A DNA stretch of 11,968 nt from Chlamydiota bacterium (GCA_050049995.1 JASFVE010000061.1:1-11968); one strand, 5' to 3'; shown: positions 1-9,397, counted from the stretch's first letter. The notes: generated by a model from the sequence alone, not told the origin. Program-made: numbers and translations.

Positions 1-74
1 CTTTTCAGTTGGGTAGCAGGAGGAATCTCAGGAGAATGTCTCGCTGAGATTCCTCCTGCTACCCAACTGAAAAG
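1..74. repeat. Perfect 31-bp inverted repeat (fold-back) with 12-nt spacer
   Basis: 1-31 CTTTTCAGTTGGGTAGCAGGAGGAATCTCAG is the exact reverse complement of 44-74 CTGAGATTCCTCCTGCTACCCAACTGAAAAG. Confidence 0.97.
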
Positions 75-1509
75 CATCAATTTAAATAATTGTCATTTCC
101 TTAACGAGGATTGCCTTAAAGTCTTCATAACAAAAGCTCTCCAACTTAAAACATTGAGCCTGGAAGGCACAAATATAACAGGAGAATGCCTTACTGAGAT
201 TTCACCTCGCCACCAACTCGAAAACATCAGTCTAAATAATTGTGAACACCTTCTCGAGGAGGAGCTGGAAGATTTTCTCGCAAAATCTACTCAACTTAAA
301 ATATTGAACCTGGAAGGAACAAGTATAACAGGAGAGTGTTTTACTCTAATTCCTACAACCAGTCTGTTGGAAAGCATTAGTTTAAATGAATGTAAACATC
401 TCCTTGAAAATTACCTTAAAGCCTTTATCAAAAAGGCTGCTCAACTTAAAACATTGAACCTAGAAAGCACTAATATAACTGGAGAATGTCTTACTGAGGT
501 TTCTTGCAGCCACCAACTGGAAAGCATCCATTTAAATTGTTGTGCAGACCTTAGGGAGAATTGCTTTAGAGTCTTTATCGCAAAAGCCATTCAACTTAAA
601 ATACTGACTTTTGCTAGAACAAATATAACAGGAGAATGCCTTACTGAGATTTCTTGCAACCACCAACTGGAATGCATCCATTTAAATAATTGCGAACACC
701 TTCTCGAGGATTGCCTTAGAGTCTTTATCGCAAAAGCCATTCAACTTAAAATATTGAATCTGGAAGCTACGAATATAACAGGGGAATGTTTTGCTCAATT
801 TCCCCTTATCAATCAACTGGAAAGCCTTAATTTAAGTTTTTGTCATAGTCTTATAGGGAGTTCGCTTAAAGCTGTTATACAAAGTGCTACTCAACTTAAA
901 AGTTTAAGTCTTGCAAGAACAAGTGAGCTAGAAAGAACAGAAGGAGAGTTCCTTACCGATTTACCTATAGTCAATAAATTAGAAAGCATCAATTTGAGTG
1001 GCTGTGGGCTTGATAATACTCTTCTTGATCTCTTTTTCGAAAGAGCTACTCAACTTAAAAGAATCAACTTATCTTTTGCATACACAAATGGAAACTGGCT
1101 TGCAAGAATTCGTAATGACAATAAGATAGAAGAGCTTATATTATTTCATTGCGAAATCACTAATAAAGAACACCTTAAAAATTTCCTTATTTTAAAATCT
1201 GCTAAATTGAGAAAACTCGATTTGTCTCATTTGAACATATCAGGCCTAGAACTTTCTCTAATGCCTGAAAATAACAAGTTAGAAGAGCTTTCTTTATCAC
1301 ATTGTAACCACCTCAATGAACAACACCTTACAAATTTCTTTATCAATAAGGCGACTAACTTAAAAAAAATTAATTTCTTTGGTTCTGGAACAACAGGAGC
1401 AGGACTTTCTCGCTTCCCTGCGAAGAATAAATTAGAATTTATCAATGTAGACTCATGTCCTAACATTAAATCAGCTTATTCTTGTATATTTGAAGAATTA
1501 GTTTTTTAA
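1..1509 (+). CDS. Leucine-rich repeat protein (Cys-containing, FBXL/AMN1-like LRRs), 5'-truncated; candidate host-interaction effector
   Basis: Frame +1 is open from base 1 to TAA at 1507-1509, so the TTG at 154 in the ORF track is an internal Leu. Upstream translation GECLAEIPPATQLKSINLNNCHFLNEDCLKVFITKALQLKT continues the repeat. Alternating LRRs: QLKxLNLEGTxITGECLxxIxxxx (24 aa) and QLESIxLNNCxHLxExxLxxFIxKAx (26 aa). Bases 1-28 may be artefactual (see findings). Confidence 0.9.
   Translation, partial: LFSWVAGGISGECLAEIPPATQLKSINLNNCHFLNEDCLKVFITKALQLKTLSLEGTNITGECLTEISPRHQLENISLNNCEHLLEEELEDFLAKSTQLKILNLEGTSITGECFTLIPTTSLLESISLNECKHLLENYLKAFIKKAAQLKTLNLESTNITGECLTEVSCSHQLESIHLNCCADLRENCFRVFIAKAIQLKILTFARTNITGECLTEISCNHQLECIHLNNCEHLLEDCLRVFIAKAIQLKILNLEATNITGECFAQFPLINQLESLNLSFCHSLIGSSLKAVIQSATQLKSLSLARTSELERTEGEFLTDLPIVNKLESINLSGCGLDNTLLDLFFERATQLKRINLSFAYTNGNWLARIRNDNKIEELILFHCEITNKEHLKNFLILKSAKLRKLDLSHLNISGLELSLMPENNKLEELSLSHCNHLNEQHLTNFFINKATNLKKINFFGSGTTGAGLSRFPAKNKLEFINVDSCPNIKSAYSCIFEELVF
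29..900 (+). repeat. Intragenic tandem repeat, 150-bp (50-aa) period, about 6 units, continuing as diverged 153-159-bp units to about 1470
   Basis: Anchor CAACTTAAA occurs at 142, 292, 442, 592, 742 and 892 (exact 150-nt spacing), then at 1051 (+159). Diverged equivalents lie near 1204 and 1357. Confidence 0.95.
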
Positions 1510-1532
1510 AGTTATTTATACTATCTTTTATT

Positions 1533-1570
1533 ACTAGCTCTACTGTTTACCTCTCATATGTAGAGCTAGT
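1533..1570. terminator. Intergenic stem-loop (11-bp perfect stem, 16-nt loop); possible terminator/3' stabilising hairpin of the LRR gene or protein-binding site
   Basis: ACTAGCTCTAC (1533-1543) pairs with GTAGAGCTAGT (1560-1570), 23 nt after the LRR stop. No immediate U-tract on either strand, so not a canonical intrinsic terminator. Confidence 0.45.
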
Positions 1571-1598
1571 CAACACTTTAAAAGGAATGATTTTAGAC

Positions 1599-1627
1599 TG
1601 GCGAAAATCTTATCTAACAATTATTCT
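1599..1627 (+). promoter_or_regulatory. Weak candidate sigma66/sigma70 promoter for uvrA
   Basis: TGGCGA (1599-1604), 17 nt, TATTCT (1622-1627). Poor -35 match in AT-rich DNA. Confidence 0.25.
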
Positions 1628-1657
1628 TATATTTCTAATTAATTAGATTTAAATACC

Positions 1658-4600
1658 TTGGAATCAACACAAATTATCTTAAAAAAGGTTAGGGTTCACA
1701 ATTTAAAAAATGTAAACCTAAAACTTCCCAAGAATAAATTAATTGTTTTTACCGGAGTTTCAGGCTCGGGTAAATCTTCTTTGGCATTTGATACCATTTA
1801 TACGGAAGGGCAAAGAAGATATTTAGAGTCTTTATCTTCCCATGCAAGACGATATATGGGAGACTTACCGAAGCCCGACGCTGATGAAATATCTGGAATA
1901 TCTCCGACTATTGCTATTGAACAAAAGACTGTAGGTCGAACCCCTCGCTCAACTGTCGGCACAATGACAGGAATCTACGATCATTTAAGGGTTTTATTTG
2001 CCAGAGTTGGCATTCCCCACTGTCCTATCAGCCATGAGCCGGTAGCTATGCAAAGCAGGGAAAAAATCATCCATCAGATTTTACAATTCCCTGAAAGCTC
2101 TAAACTTATTTTTTTAAGCCCTTATGCTAAGTCTAAAAAAGCCGAGTTTAAAGAAGATTTTATCGAGCTTTTAAGAAAAGGATTCACCAAGGTCAGAGTA
2201 GATGGAGATATTATTGATCTTCAAGAGCAAGAGTCGTTAAATCCTAATGTAGCTCATAATGTCGATATTGTAATCGATAGAATTAAAATATCTCCTGACA
2301 ACAAAAGTAGAGTAGTCGAATCAGTCAATTTAGCTTTGGATATAGGAAAAGGTTTTTTTTCCGTATTAGATGTAGATACAAACCAAGAAAAAAACTTTTC
2401 CCAACATGCATACTCCCCTAAGTCTGGTTTAAGTTATGGCCCTTTAGATCCAACAGATTTTTCATTTAACCACCCTTCAGGTATGTGTGAGACCTGCGAC
2501 GGTCTGGGAGTTACCCAAGAGTTTGTCTTAGAAAAAATCATTGATTTTGACAAAAGCATTGCAGAAGACTGTTGTAAAATTGCCAGCTCATTCCAAACAG
2601 TTCGCTATGGGAACATCTATCAAAATTTAGCGAAAATTTACAAATTTAATATTCATACACCGTGGAAAAAACTATCTGATACAGCTAAGCACGTTTTTTT
2701 ATATGGCACTGAAGAAAAATGGACATCTATGAAATTTGTCCATCCTGTCAGAAAGATCAAATGGACGGAATATGTTAAATGGCAGGGAGTTTTACATGAG
2801 GCACGCCTCAGGTATCAGGAAGCGAAAAGTGACAGCTATAAGAAAAAAATGGAAGATTTAATGAGCGAGGCCATATGTCCAAAATGTCATGGAGCCCGCA
2901 TTAGACCTTACCCTGCAGCTACTCGATTTAATGGGAAAACTATACAAGAATTAACCCACCTTACTCTACTTCAAATGCGAGATTTTTTTGAGAACTTGCA
3001 CCTTGAACCTGATGACCTTTTGATTGGAGAAGAGCTCATTAAGGAAATCAAAGTAAGACTGAAGTATTTAACAGATGTAGGTGTTCACTATTTAACTTTA
3101 GACAGGTCAGCACCTACTTTAAGTGGTGGGGAATCGCAAAGAATCCGCTTAGCATCTCATATAGGTGCAGGTCTTGTCGGTTCTATCTATATATTAGATG
3201 AACCCTCTATTGGTCTTCACCCAAGAGATCACCACAAACTGATCAACACACTCGGCAATTTAAAAGAAGCTGGAAATACTCTCATTGTCGTTGAGCACGA
3301 TAAAGAAACGATTGAAAAAGCAGATTTAATTGTAGATGTAGGGCCTAAAGCTGGAAAATATGGCGGTGAAATTTTAGCAGTTGGCACCATAGAAGAAATT
3401 ATTGCTTCTAAAAAATCAGTTACAGGAGAGTTTTTATCCGGAAAAAAAAGCATTAAAATCCCTAAACGAAGAAAGCTTCCTAAAGAAAAGATCACAATAA
3501 AAAAAGCAAGTCACCACAACTTGCAAAATGTAAATGTAGATATCCCCCTACACGGACTAATATGTGTAACAGGTGTGTCTGGTTCAGGAAAATCTTCACT
3601 TATTTCAGATACTTTATACCCTTATCTAGCCAATACGCTAAATAAAGCTAACCTAAAAGTCGGTAAAATGCAGGCAATTGAAGGGACTAAACATCTTGAT
3701 AAAGTAATTTTTGTTGATCAGTCACCTATTGGAAGAACACCTAGGTCCAATCCAGGCACTTACACGAAACTTTTTGATGATATACGTCTTTTATTTTCAG
3801 GGCTTCCTGAAAGTAAAATCAGAGGATACACCCCAGGCCATTTCAGCTTTAATGTAAAAGAAGGTTCATGCAGTTATTGTCATGGACTTGGAACAGTAAA
3901 AATCGATATGGATTTTATGGAAGATGTCTGGGTTGATTGTCGCCAGTGCAAAGGGAAAAGATTTGACTCTGACATCCTATCGATAACCTTTAATGGAATG
4001 AATATTTTCGATGTACTGCAAATGGATGTGGAAAAAGGTCTCGAGGTTTTTGCTAACATCCCTACGATTTTTAAAAAGCTCAAACTGCTTTCTAAAGTTG
4101 GCTTGAATTATCTTCAACTAGGTCAGCCTTCAACAACGTTATCTGGGGGTGAAGCGCAGAGAATTAAACTTGCTAAAGAACTTGTACGTCCTCAAACAGG
4201 AAAAACACTATATATCTTGGATGAACCTACAACAGGCTTGCATTTTCAAGATATTGAAAGATTAATTGATGTGCTGCAAGAACTTGTTTCTTTAAACAAT
4301 ACCGTTCTAGTTGTTGAGCACAATATGGATCTTATAAAATCTGCTGACTGGATTATTGACTTAGGCCCAGAAGCAGGTGACGCTGGAGGAACAATCATTG
4401 GAGCAAATACCCCTGAAAAAATTGCTACATTGTCTACTCCTACAGGAAAAGAACTGAAAAAAGTACTTCATGAGAAAGCAGTCCTATCCCAAAAATCTAA
4501 TCCAACGCAAGAAGGTTTTCAAAAGAGTATAATCGTTGAAAATGCCCATCAAAACAATTTAAAAAATGTTGATGTAACTATACCAAGAAATGCCATTTCT

Positions 4601-7300
4601 ATTTTTACAGGTCCCTCAGGTTCCGGCAAAACTTCTCTTGCTTTTGACACTATTTTTGCAGAAGGACAAAGGCGCTATATTGAGTCCCTCCCTCCTTTTG
4701 CTCGCCAAATAGTTAAACAAATGCCTAAACCTAAAGTGGAGAAAATAGAAGGTCTTTCCCCTACTATCGCCATAGAGCAAAAAAAGGGAGCCGTTAATCC
4801 CAGAAGTACAGTGGGAACACTTACTGAAATCTACGATCACTTAAGAATATTATATGCCCATTTTGGAACGGCGTACTGCCCTGACACGGGAGAAGAAATC
4901 AAGACTATTAGCAAAGAATATGTCGTAAAAAAAGTGAACGCACTTCCTGAAAAGGAGAAAATTCACGTTTTAGCACCATTAAAGGCCCCTGTCAGTGAGC
5001 CCTTTGAGGAATTTTTACAAAAGCTCAACAGGCAAGGTTTTTTACGCATACGATTAAATGGCAATTACCATGAACTAGATGAAGACATCCCTTATGACAA
5101 GCATAAGAAAAATGAAATCTATCTAGTCATTGATCGGTTAATGGTTCAAAAAGGCTCTGAAAAAAGGTTATTTGAAGCTATATCCAAAGCATTGCAAATA
5201 ACTGATTCTATAGTTGTCATAGCAACCAAGGAAAAAGACTACTATTACAACTTGGCTTTTGCTGTAGAAAAAACAGGAAAATCTTACCCTAAAATAACAC
5301 CCCAAAGCTTCTCTTTCAACGCTAGTCAAGGAATGTGCCTTGAATGCCAAGGCATTGGAAGTGTTTATGGAATGAACTTGCAAAATTATTCAAAAATAAT
5401 GAATTTATCGATTATCGACTTTGCAAGAGTCCTACTTAAAGAACTAGGATCTAAGAAATCTATAGATTTAATTCTTGATTACTTTGAATCAATCAATATT
5501 GATCCATATCTCCCTTTAAAAAAATTATCAAAAGAAGACTTAGCAATTGTTTTATCAGATGGGAAAAATGCCTCATTTCAGACAAAGGAAGGCTTTTTTG
5601 TTTCCTTTAAAGGGTTTCAAGCAACACTTGCCCAAGCTGCTAAAATAGCACTACAGCATGTCAAAGAGGCTCTAGTTCCTCATATGTTTGAAAGAACTTG
5701 CCCCAGCTGCAATGGGAAAAGGTTAAATCCTTTATCTAGTAATGTAAAAATAAAAGGAGTTTCTCTTCCTGAACTTGTCTCTTACAGCATTGAAAAGACC
5801 TTATACTTCTTCCAAAATTTAGAAGTAGTAGAGCCTTTTTTGCAGGAAACAGTTTCACTGATTATAAAAAAATTACAATTTCTTCAAGAAATTGGCCTTG
5901 ACTACTTAGCCTTGAATAGATCGGCACCTACTTTAAGTGGGGGTGAAATGCAAAGAATACGGCTCGCCAAACAACTTGGTTCTTCCTTAACAAACTGCAT
6001 TTATGTGTTGGATGAACCAACTATTGGACTTCACCCACATAACAGTGACCAGCTCTTCAACTCTCTTTCCAAGTTAAAAGATTTAAATAACACCTTGTTA
6101 ATTGTAGAGCATGACCCTGATATTATAAAAAAGTGTGATTATATTTATGACTTTGGTCCTCAGGCCGGGGCGCAAGGGGGAAAGATCGTTGCATCAGGTA
6201 CAATTGATCAAATAATGACTGAAGGCTCGCTGACTGGTCAGTACTTAAGCGGACAAAAAAAAATTAGCTTTCCTCAAAAAAGAAGAACTTTTACGGAAAC
6301 AATCCAGGTGGAAAATGCCCATGTTCATAATTTAAAAAATGTAAATGTTTCCATCCCACTTCAGATAATGACAGCAGTTACTGGTGTTTCAGGATCTGGC
6401 AAGTCTTCTTTAATGCACCATATTTTAAAACCAGGCTTTGCGCTAGCTCTAAAAGATCGAAGGAAAAAGCAAGTTGAAGTTAAGGGAGCTACAATAAAAA
6501 ATGTGAAGAAGATCGATAAGCTCATTGTTATCGACCAAAATCCCATTGGTTCAACTATCCGAGCTGATATTTTAACATATTCTGATTTGTCCTCCCCTAT
6601 CCGTTCCCATTATGCCAGCATGCCTCAGGCTAAAGCAAAAGGGTTGCTTCCTAAACATTTTAGTTACAATCACAAGAAAGGAATGTGTCGAACATGTTGG
6701 GGATTAGGTTATAGAATTGTTAATTTACAGTTTATGCCCTCAGTTAAAGTACAGTGTGAAGCTTGTAAAGGATTCCGACTTAATCCCATAAGCTTAGAAG
6801 TATCTTACAAGGGAAAACATCTCGGTCAAATTCTACAACTAACAGTAAAAGAAGCCCGTACTTTTTTTGAGTCTATTCCTCAAATTGTCAAAAAACTTGA
6901 TCTATTAACAGATGTAGGTTTGGATTACCTAACTTTAGGTCAAGATTTGGTTTCCCTGTCTGGTGGAGAAGCACAGAGACTTAGACTGTCAAAAGAGCTG
7001 TCTAAAAGATCTACCGGCAGCACTTTATATTTAATTGATGAGCCTTCAACAGGACTACACTTTGATGATTTGAAAAAATTATTAAAAATCTTTCATAAAC
7101 TTACCGATAAGAAAAATACATTACTTATTATTGAACATAATCTAGATTTGATAGCTAACTGTGATTATGTCATTGATATGGGACCTCAAGCTGGAGAAAA
7201 AGGAGGAGAAGTCGTAGCTATAGGCACTCCGGAAGAAATTGCCAAAAATAAAAACTCTGTTACAGCAAGTCATTTGAAAAAAAGATTAAAAGACAAGTAA
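1658..7300 (+). CDS. uvrA: Excinuclease ABC subunit A, tandem-fused double UvrA (1880 aa, four ABC ATPase sites)
   Basis: Two complete UvrA units joined near nt 4460-4520. Walker [33 protein letters not shown]. Signatures: [32 protein letters not shown]. Four xDEP Walker B motifs, four HN/NN-LKNV-type leaders, EGQRRYxESL twice, and CxxC Zn pairs. TTG start with no clear SD; placement is supported by UvrA homology starting a few codons in. Confidence 0.98.
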   Translation: MESTQIILKKVRVHNLKNVNLKLPKNKLIVFTGVSGSGKSSLAFDTIYTEGQRRYLESLSSHARRYMGDLPKPDADEISGISPTIAIEQKTVGRTPRSTVGTMTGIYDHLRVLFARVGIPHCPISHEPVAMQSREKIIHQILQFPESSKLIFLSPYAKSKKAEFKEDFIELLRKGFTKVRVDGDIIDLQEQESLNPNVAHNVDIVIDRIKISPDNKSRVVESVNLALDIGKGFFSVLDVDTNQEKNFSQHAYSPKSGLSYGPLDPTDFSFNHPSGMCETCDGLGVTQEFVLEKIIDFDKSIAEDCCKIASSFQTVRYGNIYQNLAKIYKFNIHTPWKKLSDTAKHVFLYGTEEKWTSMKFVHPVRKIKWTEYVKWQGVLHEARLRYQEAKSDSYKKKMEDLMSEAICPKCHGARIRPYPAATRFNGKTIQELTHLTLLQMRDFFENLHLEPDDLLIGEELIKEIKVRLKYLTDVGVHYLTLDRSAPTLSGGESQRIRLASHIGAGLVGSIYILDEPSIGLHPRDHHKLINTLGNLKEAGNTLIVVEHDKETIEKADLIVDVGPKAGKYGGEILAVGTIEEIIASKKSVTGEFLSGKKSIKIPKRRKLPKEKITIKKASHHNLQNVNVDIPLHGLICVTGVSGSGKSSLISDTLYPYLANTLNKANLKVGKMQAIEGTKHLDKVIFVDQSPIGRTPRSNPGTYTKLFDDIRLLFSGLPESKIRGYTPGHFSFNVKEGSCSYCHGLGTVKIDMDFMEDVWVDCRQCKGKRFDSDILSITFNGMNIFDVLQMDVEKGLEVFANIPTIFKKLKLLSKVGLNYLQLGQPSTTLSGGEAQRIKLAKELVRPQTGKTLYILDEPTTGLHFQDIERLIDVLQELVSLNNTVLVVEHNMDLIKSADWIIDLGPEAGDAGGTIIGANTPEKIATLSTPTGKELKKVLHEKAVLSQKSNPTQEGFQKSIIVENAHQNNLKNVDVTIPRNAISIFTGPSGSGKTSLAFDTIFAEGQRRYIESLPPFARQIVKQMPKPKVEKIEGLSPTIAIEQKKGAVNPRSTVGTLTEIYDHLRILYAHFGTAYCPDTGEEIKTISKEYVVKKVNALPEKEKIHVLAPLKAPVSEPFEEFLQKLNRQGFLRIRLNGNYHELDEDIPYDKHKKNEIYLVIDRLMVQKGSEKRLFEAISKALQITDSIVVIATKEKDYYYNLAFAVEKTGKSYPKITPQSFSFNASQGMCLECQGIGSVYGMNLQNYSKIMNLSIIDFARVLLKELGSKKSIDLILDYFESINIDPYLPLKKLSKEDLAIVLSDGKNASFQTKEGFFVSFKGFQATLAQAAKIALQHVKEALVPHMFERTCPSCNGKRLNPLSSNVKIKGVSLPELVSYSIEKTLYFFQNLEVVEPFLQETVSLIIKKLQFLQEIGLDYLALNRSAPTLSGGEMQRIRLAKQLGSSLTNCIYVLDEPTIGLHPHNSDQLFNSLSKLKDLNNTLLIVEHDPDIIKKCDYIYDFGPQAGAQGGKIVASGTIDQIMTEGSLTGQYLSGQKKISFPQKRRTFTETIQVENAHVHNLKNVNVSIPLQIMTAVTGVSGSGKSSLMHHILKPGFALALKDRRKKQVEVKGATIKNVKKIDKLIVIDQNPIGSTIRADILTYSDLSSPIRSHYASMPQAKAKGLLPKHFSYNHKKGMCRTCWGLGYRIVNLQFMPSVKVQCEACKGFRLNPISLEVSYKGKHLGQILQLTVKEARTFFESIPQIVKKLDLLTDVGLDYLTLGQDLVSLSGGEAQRLRLSKELSKRSTGSTLYLIDEPSTGLHFDDLKKLLKIFHKLTDKKNTLLIIEHNLDLIANCDYVIDMGPQAGEKGGEVVAIGTPEEIAKNKNSVTASHLKKRLKDK

Positions 7301-7359
7301 CTTTTCTTGCGAAAAAACCTCAAAAACCCAGATAAGTAAGTATGAACAGGAGATGAAAA

Positions 7360-7731
7360 ATGGCCTACCTAAAAGCTTCTAGAAGAACAGCATCTGTTAT
7401 TTCTTTTGCCTTATTTCTTATTGGAATAGGCATTATCACTTATACTGAATATTGGTGGCCAGGCATTATGCTGGTAATAGGTCTTCCTTTGGCTTTTAAA
7501 CAATATTTAACAGGTAGAAAATATGATATGTTTATTAGCCTGTTTGTGTTTCTAGGCGTGTTTATAACAGTGCAATTCAATATCCCTTGGAAGTATCTCT
7601 TACCTACCCTTTTCACAGTAGGAGGTCTTTATATTCTATTTAGAGAGTTTTTAATGACGGCCCCTTCAGAAAGTGAAAAAGAAGAAGATTTAAATGAAGA
7701 AATAAGAGACAAAGACAAAGACAAAGATTAA
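7360..7731 (+). CDS. Small integral membrane protein (about 4 TM helices) with acidic C-terminal tail; function unknown
   Basis: SD AGGAGA at 7348-7353, ATG at 7360. Four hydrophobic segments ([62 protein letters not shown]) and tail [20 protein letters not shown]. Confidence 0.85.
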   Translation: MAYLKASRRTASVISFALFLIGIGIITYTEYWWPGIMLVIGLPLAFKQYLTGRKYDMFISLFVFLGVFITVQFNIPWKYLLPTLFTVGGLYILFREFLMTAPSESEKEEDLNEEIRDKDKDKD

Positions 7732-8750
7732 ATTTTTACTTTTTCTAAAAAGTAATCAATCCCCATAGCTTTTTTTACTTCATCTAAAGTTTGCTGAGCA
7801 ATAGCTGCAGCTTTTTCGCTATGCTCTTTTAAAATTCGATAAACGTAATCTTTGTCTTGAGCATACTTGGCTCTTTCAGACCGTATTGGAGCAATAAAAT
7901 CTTCCAAAACTTCTAAAAGATACTTCTTTACTACTGAATCTCCAAGCCCCCCTCTTTGATAATGAGCTTTCAGCTCTTCTAGCTTTTCTTTATCAGTAGC
8001 AAAAGCATCCAAATAAGTAAAAACAGGATTTCCTTCTATTTTTCCAGGATCCTCTACTTTTAAGTGGTTTGGATCTGTATACATTCTCTTTACTTTTTTG
8101 GATAAAGACTCAAAAGGTTCAGAAAGAAAGATTGCATTATTTAAGCTTTTACTCATCTTGGCCTTTCCGTCAGTCCCTGGCAGTCTCATTAACTTAGATG
8201 CCATTACTTTGGGTTCTACTAAAACATCACATCGATAAGTTCTATTAAATTTCCTTACAATCTCAGCTGTTTGCTCTAACATAGGAAGCTGATCTTCCCC
8301 AACAGGAACAATATCTGCCTTGAAGGCGGTGATATCGGCTGCTTGAGAGATAGGGTAGATCATGAACCCTGCAGGTACAGTTTCGCCAAATCCCCTTTGA
8401 GTGATTTCTGCTTTAACTGTCGGATTGTGCTTAAGCCTATTCCAAGAAACCAAATTTAAATAGTACATTGTCAGCTCAAAAAGCTGAGGAACCATAGATT
8501 GAATGAAAATCACCGATTTATTGGGATCTATCCCAACAGAAAGGTAATCTAATGCAACTTCTATAATGTTTTGCTTTATTTTTTCTGGATTGTCGGCATT
8601 GTCAGTTAAAGCTTGCGCATCGGCAATCATAATAAACTGCTTTGCCGTATCTTGTAGATGAACACGATTGATCAAAGAGCCAACATAATGACCTAAGTGA
8701 AGAGGTCCGGTTGGCCTATCCCCTGTAAGAACGATTTTTCTCTTATCCAT
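7728..8750 (-). CDS. trpS: Tryptophan--tRNA ligase (class Ic)
   Basis: [18 protein letters not shown] (HIGH-type), [16 protein letters not shown] and KMSKS motifs; 340 aa. Confidence 0.98.
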   Translation of the reverse strand: MDKRKIVLTGDRPTGPLHLGHYVGSLINRVHLQDTAKQFIMIADAQALTDNADNPEKIKQNIIEVALDYLSVGIDPNKSVIFIQSMVPQLFELTMYYLNLVSWNRLKHNPTVKAEITQRGFGETVPAGFMIYPISQAADITAFKADIVPVGEDQLPMLEQTAEIVRKFNRTYRCDVLVEPKVMASKLMRLPGTDGKAKMSKSLNNAIFLSEPFESLSKKVKRMYTDPNHLKVEDPGKIEGNPVFTYLDAFATDKEKLEELKAHYQRGGLGDSVVKKYLLEVLEDFIAPIRSERAKYAQDKDYVYRILKEHSEKAAAIAQQTLDEVKKAMGIDYFLEKVKI

Positions 8751-8777
8751 AAAGAAGATAATACAAATTTCAGAAAT

Positions 8778-9308
8778 TTATTGGGCTATTTTTTTTAAAG
8801 GAGGTCCCATATGTTTAAATAATATTTTTCTCAAAGAACTTAACCGGATAGGTTTTTTTAAAGTACCTACTATGTTGTTATAGTTATAGATTTCAAAAGT
8901 ATTTTGATAGTTAAAAGGCAGCAAAGCAACAACCGGAATAGAAATATCGTCAACCTGGTTGACATCCTGTAAAAAATTCCATTCAAATAACTTTAAAACC
9001 CTATAATCACATAGACAAAAAAAGTTATTTTTCTTCCTTGCTAAGGATACCAACTTTCTTGGATTACTCAGGACATGAAAATTAGAATACTCTAATTGAC
9101 TCAAATAGTTTTTCAACAAACTTTGTGTTTGCTGATCTCTGTCAGCAATATAAATATCGCTGTGTTGGTTTAAATCAATTGTTCCAAGGCTTGTGGTAAC
9201 TACTCCATTTTTCGGTAACATAACTTTTTCTGGAGTTACCTTATATGAAAAAGATACCTTTCCTTCCTTAGAAACTTTCTTTTTAATTTTATGTATTAAT
9301 AGTGCCAC
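8778..9308 (-). CDS. Hypothetical protein with C-terminal atypical (pseudo-)receiver/CheY-like domain and basic N-terminal extension
   Basis: GTG start with GGGA about 7 nt upstream and a near-consensus promoter. Residues ~50-165 follow the REC pattern: IYIADRD (b1), QTQSLLKNYLSQLEY (a1), FCLCD (b3), IPVVALL (b4), GTLKKP-IRLSSLRKIL (b5-a5). The fold assignment is by eye. Confidence 0.7.
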   Translation of the reverse strand: MALLIHKIKKKVSKEGKVSFSYKVTPEKVMLPKNGVVTTSLGTIDLNQHSDIYIADRDQQTQSLLKNYLSQLEYSNFHVLSNPRKLVSLARKKNNFFCLCDYRVLKLFEWNFLQDVNQVDDISIPVVALLPFNYQNTFEIYNYNNIVGTLKKPIRLSSLRKILFKHMGPPLKKIAQ

Positions 9309-9336
9309 TCTTTTATCCCGACTTAAGAGTCTGACA

Positions 9337-9365
9337 ATTATATTTTTTAATTTCTTTATTGTTAA
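9337..9365 (-). promoter_or_regulatory. Near-consensus sigma66/sigma70 promoter for the REC-like gene / trpS unit
   Basis: Minus strand TTAACA (9365-9360), 17 nt, TATAAT (9342-9337): 11/12 match to TTGACA-17-TATAAT, 28 nt upstream of the GTG. Confidence 0.7.
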
Positions 9366-9397
9366 GAAATTTTTAGATTTTAATATCAGAAAAATAA

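Noticed and set aside
154..156. TTG start of the LRR gene given by the ORF track
   Set aside because: The frame is open to base 1, the repeat continues upstream, and there is no SD; it is an internal Leu.
29..900. Regularly spaced repeats as a CRISPR array or DGR template/variable repeat
   Set aside because: The period is 150 nt and in frame, whole units are homologous (no unique spacers), differences are not adenine-specific, and no cas or reverse transcriptase gene is present.
1227..6546. Short minus-strand ORFs (1227-1466, 3229-3495, 3880-4083, 4616-4840, 5168-5383, 6361-6546)
   Set aside because: All are antisense shadows inside well-supported genes, with no recognisable motifs.
3068..6919. 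Short exact repeats inside uvrA (3110-3126 = 5924-5940, 17 nt; 3068-3082 = 6905-6919, 15 nt) as evidence of gene conversion
   Set aside because: They fall in conserved ABC signature-region peptides (APTLSG, LTDVG), and AT-biased codon usage can explain the identity.
8751..8777. T-box or attenuator leader for trpS
   Set aside because: Only 27 nt of intergenic space, with no T-box motif, hairpin or Trp-codon leader peptide.
1362..8796. Homopolymer runs of 8 (e.g. A8 1362-1369, T8 2353-2360, T8 8789-8796) as phase-variation tracts
   Set aside because: Expected in AT-rich DNA, and all reading frames are intact.
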